Shown here: positions 1-7,219 of the stretch, piece after piece
Position numbering within the stretch: position 1 is the first letter of the stretch
How the letters are laid out: each line of letters opens with the position of its first letter
Source: Deltaproteobacteria bacterium
GTDB taxonomy: Bacteria; Myxococcota_A; Polyangia; Polyangiales; Ga0077539
Assembly: GCA_947477565.1 (NCBI GenBank)
Contig: CANJUR010000001.1
Location: 27,996 to 91,995 of the forward strand
Direction of reading: 5' to 3'
DNA length: 64,000 nucleotides
Notes under the pieces: generated by a model
Database searches by the model: none
Seen by the model: the letters and a program-made list of their open reading frames with translations, nothing else
What the model was told of the DNA's origin: nothing
Position numbers and translations under genes: made by a program

Positions 1-1
1 G

Positions 2-547
2 TCGGGCTGCCTCACGGACGTATCCGACACGGTCGCCCCGACGATCAGTCGCCCCTGCGCCCCCGTCGCGGCGGGAACCGTCAGCGGAACCTCCCTCACC
101 TGGGCATCCTGCCGCGTCTCCCCGCCCGCGCCGTGCAGCGGGACAAGCTGCGGCCCGAGCAACGCGCAACCCAACTGGGCGCAGGCAAACTCCCAGGACA
201 CCCTGTCGAGCGCAGGCTGCCTCACGAACATCAGCAGCTGGGACGGGGTGTTCTGCAGGTCGGGGTTGTGCGGGTTCGTTCCGGGTACCGGCGCTCGGTC
301 CAACCTCACGTGGGATCAGGTGCTGCCGACGATGACCTTCGGCTCGACGGCCTACGGCGCGGCGGGTACCACGCTGACGCCGACCGAGCACATCGTCCCC
401 GACGCCTTCAACGACGTGTGCTCGGGCGTCTCGGTGACCGCCGTCGCGGTGCGCACCGAGTGCGGCGTCGCGTCGGCCCGAGGAAACGTTTGCGCTCGCC
501 CGCGCTGTATCGCTAGTCTCATGCTCTCACTTCGGAGTAACGAACCA
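2..547 (+). CDS. Partial (cut by window edge) Cys-rich secreted-protein-like coding region; no in-frame stop before the downstream PEBP gene
   Basis: Frame 2 is open from nt 2. Third codon positions are almost all G/C until about nt 486 (SGCLTDVSDTVAPTISRPC...AGCLTNISSWDGVFCRSGLCGF...TECGVASARG). The bias then collapses (aac gtt tgc gct ... tca ctt cgg agt aac gaa cca) just before ATG 548. Same frame as ORF-track entry 248..1207. Confidence 0.35.
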
Positions 548-1207
548 ATGATCAAGACGCGATGGATGGGGGTGCTGCCGCTCGGGCTCGCCTTGTTTGG
601 TTGCAGCTCGGAGGCGACGTCGCCCGCCGACGCGGCGACCCCGATCGACACCCCGGCGATCGGCACCCCCGATGTTCCCGCTGCGGTTGATGTCCTCCCT
701 CCGGTTGATGTCCCCGCTGCGGTTGATGTTCCGCCGGCGATGTTCACGCTCACCAGCACCGCCTACGACGAGGGCGGGACCATCCCGCGCACCCACGCCT
801 GCACCGCGCAGATGGGCGGCAACATCTCGCCGCCCCTCGCGTGGTCGGGCGCCCCTGCCGGTGCCATGAGCTTCGCAATCTTCTTCAAAGACCAGACGAC
901 GGCCTTCCGCCACTCGGCCATCTACGACATCCCGAGTTCTCTCAGCGAACTCCCCGAGAGCGTCGCCCGCACCGCCATGCCCGCCAACGTCCCCGGAGCG
1001 CGGCAACCCCGCGGCTATCCCGGCACGGTCGGCTACGCGGGCCCATGCCCCGGCACCCGTCACACGTATCGCTTCACGATCTACGCGATCGACGTCGAGG
1101 CGATTCCCGAACTCACGCCGACCTCCAACCTCACCGCGGTCGAGGCTGCGTTCGTGGCGCACTCCCTCGGCACCGCCACCCTCACCGGTTCGTACACCCC
1201 TCCCTGA
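548..1207 (+). CDS. YbhB/YbcL-type PEBP (Raf-kinase-inhibitor-like) family lipoprotein
   Basis: Internal ATG of ORF 248..1207 gives a lipoprotein signal, MIKTRWMGVLPLGLALFGC. The C-terminal part carries PEBP blocks recognised by eye: GGNISPPLAWSGAPAGAMSFAIFF, SAIYDIP, GYAGPCPGTRHTYRFTIYAID. Confidence 0.8.
   Translation: MIKTRWMGVLPLGLALFGCSSEATSPADAATPIDTPAIGTPDVPAAVDVLPPVDVPAAVDVPPAMFTLTSTAYDEGGTIPRTHACTAQMGGNISPPLAWSGAPAGAMSFAIFFKDQTTAFRHSAIYDIPSSLSELPESVARTAMPANVPGARQPRGYPGTVGYAGPCPGTRHTYRFTIYAIDVEAIPELTPTSNLTAVEAAFVAHSLGTATLTGSYTPP
671..739 (+). repeat. 18-bp in-frame tandem repeat (about 4 copies) in the PEBP lipoprotein linker
   Basis: gatgttcccgctgcggtt / gatgtcctccctccggtt / gatgtccccgctgcggtt / gatgttccgccggcg encodes DVPAAV-DVLPPV-DVPAAV-DVPPA. 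Confidence 0.8.
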
Positions 1208-1299
1208 CCTCGACGCGCGCGCTGCCCTTTCACCCCGCTCGCCGCGGCTGTCCTCGCAGCCATCGAGGCATACCTGCGCGGGCTCCCTCCGGGTCACCT

Positions 1300-2040
1300 C
1301 GCCGCCGACTACCGAAACGCACCTGCCTTCTCGCCCGAGGATTCGCTCGATCACGGCGCGCGCCATGATGACGGCGATGAAGCGGATCCTCCCCTCGCAG
1401 CGAAGGGCACGCGGGCAGATTCCAGCACCATACGCGGTGCATCAACGCGGCCCGGTCGATGCTCGCCGCGGGCTTCGCGGTTGCGGGCCAGCCGCTCAGC
1501 GTTGCCATCATCCAGCCATCTTCGTGGACGAGTCCCGTCACTGTCGCCGTCGCCGCGCCATCCTTCGTCGGCCCCGGCGCTTCCGCATCCGTCGCGCGCG
1601 CTGAAGCAACGACGCATTCACACTTCACAACCGCCAGCGGGGGCAGCGAGACGACTACCGATCGCCACCGTTGGGCGAGCCACGTCGCGCGGCAGCCACT
1701 CGCGCCCCGCGTCATCATGCGCGCCGATCACCACGCTCGCATGCAGGTCGAACCCCTCCAACGCTCCCACTTGCGCCTTCGGTGATCGTCGCCCGGAGCG
1801 CTCCGAACTGCTCACGACTCCTCGAGAAGCTGCGGTCCCAGGGCGTCGATTTCGTCGGTCTGTACTCCGCCGGCGAACTCTTCCGTCGCGGTGAACGGGC
1901 GCCCTCGAAGGCGCGAAGCAGAGAGAGCTTCGCGGTGCGCAGGTACAGGCCTCGCGGCAAAGCTTGCTGAAGAAGTTCCGTCATCGGTTTCACAACGGGT
2001 TCTGAGCATCGGTTGTTGGAGCCTCGGCGCATCGGCAACT
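1300..2040 (-). pseudogene. Frameshifted, 5'-truncated remnant of an IS91-family (Y2/HUH) transposase, C-terminal part only
   Basis: Three minus-strand ORF fragments in different frames (1715..2038, 1618..1815, 1230..1718) read in order MTELLQQALPRGLYLRTAKLSLLRAFEG / VGALEGFDLHASVVIGAHDDAGREWLPRDVARPTVAIGSRL / DGWMMATLSGWPATAKPAASIDRAALMHRVWCWNLPACPSLR. This parallels the IS91 C-terminal blocks as I recall them: GFSLHAGV..A..R..LERLCRYI.RPA....RL and P..F.ARLAALVP.PR..L.R.HGV.APN...R. No intact N-terminal catalytic part is present. Confidence 0.45.
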
Positions 2041-2191
2041 CAAGCGGTCCGTACCCCTGCAGCCGAGCCGAACTGTCAAAGTCGGGCCCTGCGAACGCGG
2101 CGTCAGTGACTCAGGCGTCGTATGCTGTCGACCCGCGGCGCCGACCCGATAGGGCGCCGACGAGCTTCGCCGAAAGGAGTCCGCAACACCC

Positions 2192-3652
2192 ATGTCCGAG
2201 CACCACACCGCCCTCCCCCGCGCCCCGTTTGCGCCCGGAGGGCCGTTTGAGATCGATCACGATCGCGCCCGCAAACTGCTGACCGTCGCCCTCTCGCAAG
2301 GCGGCGACGCAGCCGACCTCTTCGCCGAGTACGGCGTCGGAGCCTCGATGGTCCTCGAGGAGGGCATCGTGAAGTCCGCCAGCCGGGGCGTGTCCGTCGG
2401 CGTGGGTATTCGCGTGCAGCGCGGGTTCGCCGCGGGCTACGCGTACACCGAAGACCTCACCTGGGAGGCCCTCTTGCGCGCCGCTCGCACCGCCGCGCAG
2501 ATCGCTCGCGGCGAGGCCCGCGACGTCGCCGAGGTGACCGACCGCACGCACCCCGAGCGCTACCTCGTCGCGGTCCCGTCGATCGTTGTCGCCGGGGCTG
2601 GCAAGCGGGATCTACTGCTTCAGTCCGACCGCACCGCCCGCGCCGCAGACTCCCGCGTGCAGCGCGTCGAGGCGTCCATCAACGAGTCCGTACGCGAGTT
2701 GCTCATCGCCACGAGCGAAGGGCGATTCGTGCGCGACGTGCAGCCGATGCTGCGCTTCGGCGTGCGGGTCATCGTCGAGCGCGAAGGCAAGCGCCAGTCC
2801 GGGAGCTCCGGCGGTGGCGGCCGTGTCGGGATGGAGTACTTCGACCAGCCGGGTAAGTCCGTGGACGACCACGCACGCGAGGCTGTGCGACTCGCCGTCG
2901 CGATGCTCGACGCGCGGGAGGCGCCTGCCGGTGAGATGGAGGTGGTACTCGGCCCGGGCGACGCGGGGATTCTTCTGCACGAAGCGGTAGGTCACGGCCT
3001 CGAGGCGGACTTCAACCGCAAGGGCGTGAGCAACTACTCGGGCCGCATCGGCACCGCGGTGGCTTCCTCTCTCTGCACCGTCGTCGATCGCGGCGACCTC
3101 GACCACGGCCGCGGATCAATCAACGTCGATGACGAGGGCTTCACCCCGACGAGCACGACGCTGATCGAGGACGGACTGCTCCGCGGGTACCTGCACGACA
3201 CGTTCTCGGCGCGGCACTTCGGTCTCGCACCGACGGGCAACGGCCGACGCGAGAGCTTCCGCGCCACGCCGATGCCGCGCATGACAAACACACTGCTGCT
3301 GGCGGGTCCGCACGACCCCGAGGAGATCATCCGCTCGGTGCCTAACGGCATCTACGCGCGGCGCTTCGGCGGCGGTCAGGTGGACATCGCATCCGGCGAT
3401 TTCGTGTTCTCCCTGAGCGAGGCGTACCTCATCGAGAACGGAAAGATTACCGCGCCGGTGAAGGACGTGAACCTCATCGGCAACGGCCCGGACGCGCTAT
3501 CGAAGGTCACCATGCTGGGCACCGACCTGCAGATCTCCGATGGCATCTGGACCTGCGGCAAGGAAGGGCAGAGCGTCCCCGTGGGCGTCGGCTGCCCCAC
3601 GATCAAGATTTCGTCGATGACCGTCGGCGGCACCGCCGTCCAGGGACGCTGA
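2192..3652 (+). CDS. tldD: Metalloprotease TldD
   Basis: 486 aa. HEAVGHGLEADF (HExxxH-type) motif, plus conserved tail blocks RMTNTLL, GGQVDIASGDFVF and WTCGKEGQSVPVG. Confidence 0.9.
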   Translation: MSEHHTALPRAPFAPGGPFEIDHDRARKLLTVALSQGGDAADLFAEYGVGASMVLEEGIVKSASRGVSVGVGIRVQRGFAAGYAYTEDLTWEALLRAARTAAQIARGEARDVAEVTDRTHPERYLVAVPSIVVAGAGKRDLLLQSDRTARAADSRVQRVEASINESVRELLIATSEGRFVRDVQPMLRFGVRVIVEREGKRQSGSSGGGGRVGMEYFDQPGKSVDDHAREAVRLAVAMLDAREAPAGEMEVVLGPGDAGILLHEAVGHGLEADFNRKGVSNYSGRIGTAVASSLCTVVDRGDLDHGRGSINVDDEGFTPTSTTLIEDGLLRGYLHDTFSARHFGLAPTGNGRRESFRATPMPRMTNTLLLAGPHDPEEIIRSVPNGIYARRFGGGQVDIASGDFVFSLSEAYLIENGKITAPVKDVNLIGNGPDALSKVTMLGTDLQISDGIWTCGKEGQSVPVGVGCPTIKISSMTVGGTAVQGR

Positions 3653-3661
3653 GGAAGACAC

Positions 3662-5020
3662 ATGGGAACCAACCAGGACGACATGCTCCGCGACCGCGCC
3701 GACACGGTGCTCCGCCGCCTCCTCGACGGCGGCGCCACCGACGCGAAGGTGGTCGCCCGCGCCGGTCAGGACCTCTCCGTGCGCGTCCGCCTCGACGAGG
3801 TCGAACTCGTGGAAGAGGCGGGCACGTGCTCCATCGCGGTGCGCGCCTTCAAGGGCAAGCGCGTCGCGACGAGTTCCACCAACGACCTCACCGCCGATGG
3901 CCTCGACCGCCTGGTGCGCGACGCCCTCGAACTCTGCGACCTCTCGCAGGAAGATCCGTACGCGGGCCTGCCGGACCCCGATGATCTAGCGAAGTCCTGG
4001 GAAGACCTCGGGCTCCACGACGCAGCGTGCGACGGCGTCGATGCCGACGACGCGGTGCGCCGCTGCCAGCGCGCAGAGAGGGCAGCCCGCGCGCACGACC
4101 CACGAATCAATAACAGCGAGGGCGCTTCCTTCGGGCGCACCTCTGGCGGCTTCTACATGACCACGAGCGGTGGGTTTCGCGGCGGCTACCGCGGCAGCTA
4201 CGCGTCGCTCGCGGTCTCCCCGGTGGCCTCCGACGAGGGCGGCAAAAACCGCACGGCGGGCTACTGGTCGGCGCGGCGACAACTGGCCAACCTTGAGTCC
4301 GAGGAGGCCATCGGCATCGAGGCCGCGCGCCGCACGGTGGCCCTGCTCGGCTCGAAGCGGGTACCCACGACGACGGCGCCGGTGGTCTTCGACCCCGACG
4401 CGGCACGCGCCCTGCTCGGCGCGTTCGCGGGCTGCGTCACCGGCGACGCGATCTACCGACGGAGCAGCTTCCTGCTCGACCAGATGGGCGAGCGGGTCGC
4501 GAGCGATCTCATCACCATGGTCGACGATCCGCTGCGCCACGGAGGCCCCGGATCGCGGCCCTTCGACGGCGACGGCCTCGCCGCGCGGAAAAACGTCGTG
4601 GTGGAAAACGGCGTGCTCAAGACCTGGCTGCTGGACACCTACGGGGCGCGCAAACTCGGTCTGAAGAGCACCGGGAGTAGCGCGAGCAGCACCGGGTCGG
4701 GCGCGGGCGTGTCGAACTTCTACCTGCTGCCCGGCAAGCAGACCCACGCGGAGATCGTGCAATCGACGAAGCGCGGGCTCTACGTCACGGGAATGATGGG
4801 CTTCGGCTTCAACGCCGTGACCGGAGACTTCTCGCGCGGCGCAGTGGGCTACTGGATCGAAGACGGCGTGCTCGCGTACCCCGTCTCAGAGGTCACGATC
4901 AGCTTGAATTTCCGCGATCTCTTCAGCGCCATCGATGCCGTCGGCGACGATCTCGACCTGAAGAGCGGCGTCGCTTCGCCGACGATTCGTGTGTCTCAGA
5001 TGACCATCGCGGGCAGCTGA
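3662..5020 (+). CDS. pmbA: TldD partner protein PmbA/TldE
   Basis: 452 aa, starting 9 nt after tldD. TldD/PmbA-fold blocks are present (FDGDGLAARKNVVVENGVLKTWLLDTYGARKLG; GLYVTGMMGFGFNAVTGDFSRGAVGYWIEDG) without the HExxxH motif. Confidence 0.85.
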   Translation: MGTNQDDMLRDRADTVLRRLLDGGATDAKVVARAGQDLSVRVRLDEVELVEEAGTCSIAVRAFKGKRVATSSTNDLTADGLDRLVRDALELCDLSQEDPYAGLPDPDDLAKSWEDLGLHDAACDGVDADDAVRRCQRAERAARAHDPRINNSEGASFGRTSGGFYMTTSGGFRGGYRGSYASLAVSPVASDEGGKNRTAGYWSARRQLANLESEEAIGIEAARRTVALLGSKRVPTTTAPVVFDPDAARALLGAFAGCVTGDAIYRRSSFLLDQMGERVASDLITMVDDPLRHGGPGSRPFDGDGLAARKNVVVENGVLKTWLLDTYGARKLGLKSTGSSASSTGSGAGVSNFYLLPGKQTHAEIVQSTKRGLYVTGMMGFGFNAVTGDFSRGAVGYWIEDGVLAYPVSEVTISLNFRDLFSAIDAVGDDLDLKSGVASPTIRVSQMTIAGS

Positions 5021-5039
5021 GAAGGGATCAACGGAGCGC

Positions 5040-6404
5040 ATGTCTCTTGACCTGGTCTGTCACGCGGCCCGACTCCCTGAGCTCGGCGCCGGCGAGCGGG
5101 ACGCGTTTCTGCTCTTTGACATCACCGGGCAGTCGCCCAGCCCGACCTCTGGGCCGGGCGAAGAGGCGCGTGCTCCGTTGTGCCTCGCCATCGCCATCGA
5201 CGCGTCAAGCTCGATGCGCGGCGGGCGCTTCGCGCTGGCGCTCCAGGCCACACGAAACGTACTCGCCTCGCTCGGTCCGCAAGACCGCGTCGCCGTCATC
5301 ACGTTCGACAAGAGCGCTCACGTGGCGGTGCCACCGGTGCCCTTCGACGCCGCTGGCGCGGAGGCCGCCCGGCACGCACTCGACCGCCTCACCACGGGCA
5401 TCGGTACCAACCTGGGCGCTGGGTGGCGCGAGGCCAGCGAGGCCGTGCTGCGTGTGGTGGTTCCGAACGCGGTGCGCCGGGTGCTGCTGCTGACGGACGG
5501 GTATCCTTCGCGCGGCGAGACCCAGAGAGATGCCCTGCGCGCACAGGTGATGGAGGGCCACGCGAGGGGCGTGGAGACCAGCATCGTCGGGCTCGGTGAT
5601 GGCATCGACGACGGCCTCTGCGTGGCCCTCGCCGAGGCGGGCGAAGGACGATTCCACTACCTACGCGAAGAGAGCGCGCTGGCGGAGATCGTGAGCGCCG
5701 AGGTCGAGGGCGCACGAGCCCTGGTCGCAACGGACGTCTCGCTCGACGTGCAACTCACGCCGCGGGTCGAGCGCGCGGAGATTCTCCATCGGTACCCGTG
5801 CAAGCCGGGCGATCGCTCGCTTGACGTGCGCATCGGGAGCGTCGCCCGGGGCGCTGCGCGCGCGGTTCTCCTCTCGGTCTCGCTCAAGGACGGCACGCCC
5901 GACGCGATGCTCGGCTTCGCGACGGCGCGCGGCCGGGTGGTGCGACCTGCGACAGGTCGGCCGACGTCCCCGGGGTACGGGAACGACAAGCCAAACGCGA
6001 AGGCCGCGCTGGCCCAGCTTGAGAACATGGAAGACAGCACCCGAGTGACCCTGTTGCTGCCCCCCGGTGGCGGCCCCGAGGTGTCGCGCCGACGGGTGGC
6101 CCTCGAACTCCTGGTTCAGCGCACGCTGGCAGAGGTACGCGCGGCCTGGGACGGCCTTGATCGCGGCGACCGTGTGGCCGTGACTCGTCGCCTTGAACGC
6201 GCGCGCGGGCTGCGTCGGCTCTTCATCGAGCGCTCCCTGGTGCGCGACGAAGAGCTACTGCTGCTTCCCAACGTTGACGCGGTGGAGCGGGCGATGTTTA
6301 GCCCGGGCGCCGAGTCGAATGAGGCTCGGCGCCACTTCAACTCCCTGGCGCACAACACCCAGTTGAGCTTCATCGGGGTGCTCCCAAAACCGCAGAAACG
6401 CTAG
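5040..6404 (+). CDS. von Willebrand factor type A (vWA) domain protein with an uncharacterised C-terminal half
   Basis: MIDAS-type DxSxS motif (AIDASSSMRGGRF), then TFD...GIGTNLG...VLLLTDGYPSRGE. Starts 19 nt after pmbA on the same strand. Confidence 0.75.
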   Translation: MSLDLVCHAARLPELGAGERDAFLLFDITGQSPSPTSGPGEEARAPLCLAIAIDASSSMRGGRFALALQATRNVLASLGPQDRVAVITFDKSAHVAVPPVPFDAAGAEAARHALDRLTTGIGTNLGAGWREASEAVLRVVVPNAVRRVLLLTDGYPSRGETQRDALRAQVMEGHARGVETSIVGLGDGIDDGLCVALAEAGEGRFHYLREESALAEIVSAEVEGARALVATDVSLDVQLTPRVERAEILHRYPCKPGDRSLDVRIGSVARGAARAVLLSVSLKDGTPDAMLGFATARGRVVRPATGRPTSPGYGNDKPNAKAALAQLENMEDSTRVTLLLPPGGGPEVSRRRVALELLVQRTLAEVRAAWDGLDRGDRVAVTRRLERARGLRRLFIERSLVRDEELLLLPNVDAVERAMFSPGAESNEARRHFNSLAHNTQLSFIGVLPKPQKR

Positions 6405-6406
6405 CG

Positions 6407-7216
6407 CTACATCCGCTTCTGGAGCTTCGCCAGAATCGTCGCCGCGCCGTGGTGAAACGCCTGCGGAGCGGTGCGCTTCACCCACCACAGCAGTCGGCCC
6501 TCGGCATGCGGAAGCACGTAGAGTTGCCCTGCAGCAGCCCCGTCCAGAGTCATTCGCGCGACGTCGTCCGCCGTCCACTTGCTCTTCGCCATCATCTTCT
6601 CGGCCATGCCGCGGCCCTTCGGGTCACCGCCGCGCGAGCCCTCTATGATGTTGGTGGGAAAAAACGACGGGCACAGCACAGTCACCCCGACGCCCGTGTC
6701 CATCAGCTCGCCCGCGAGCGTCTCGGAGATCGCAATCACCGCAGCCTTGGTGGCGTTGTAGGGTGCCATCGTCGGCGCGCACGCGATGCCCGCGAGGCTC
6801 GCCACGTTGATGACATGACCGGTCTTCTGCCGACGCATCGCCGGGAGAAATGCCTCACACCCGTGGGCCACTCCCAGCAGGTTCACCCCGACGATCCAGC
6901 TCCAGTCGGCGCCGCTCACGGTGCCCATCTCCCCGGCGACCGCGACGCCTGCATTGTTGATCAGCAGATCGACGCCGCCGAGGCGCTCCTGCGCGAAGCG
7001 TTCGAGGTCATCGACCGATTCGCGCTTCGAGACGTCGCAGACGAAGCTTTCCATCGGCGCGCCAGGGAGCAGCGCTGCGGTCTCCCGCAAGCCTTCGTCA
7101 CGAACGTCCGCACCGACGATTCGAGCCCCGCGCCGAGACAACTCGACGCAGAACGCCCGCCCAAGCCCGCTGCCCGCGCCGGTCACCACTGCCCTGGGAT
7201 GCACCACCATCGTCAT
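6407..7216 (-). CDS. Short-chain dehydrogenase/reductase (SDR) family oxidoreductase
   Basis: TGAGSGLGRA nucleotide-binding motif, NNAG, catalytic YNATKAA (Y-x3-K); 269 aa. Confidence 0.85.
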   Translation of the reverse strand: MTMVVHPRAVVTGAGSGLGRAFCVELSRRGARIVGADVRDEGLRETAALLPGAPMESFVCDVSKRESVDDLERFAQERLGGVDLLINNAGVAVAGEMGTVSGADWSWIVGVNLLGVAHGCEAFLPAMRRQKTGHVINVASLAGIACAPTMAPYNATKAAVIAISETLAGELMDTGVGVTVLCPSFFPTNIIEGSRGGDPKGRGMAEKMMAKSKWTADDVARMTLDGAAAGQLYVLPHAEGRLLWWVKRTAPQAFHHGAATILAKLQKRM

Positions 7217-7219
7217 GAC

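Noticed and set aside
133-516. 127-aa ORF in frame 1 at the left edge
   Set aside because: The translation is Arg-rich. Third-position bias supports frame 2 instead.
5040-6404. Interpreting the vWA protein as the missing YeaH/DUF444 partner of PrkA
   Set aside because: The domain order (N-terminal vWA) and the sequence do not resemble DUF444 as I recall it, and the gene is about 18 kb from prkA in a different operon.
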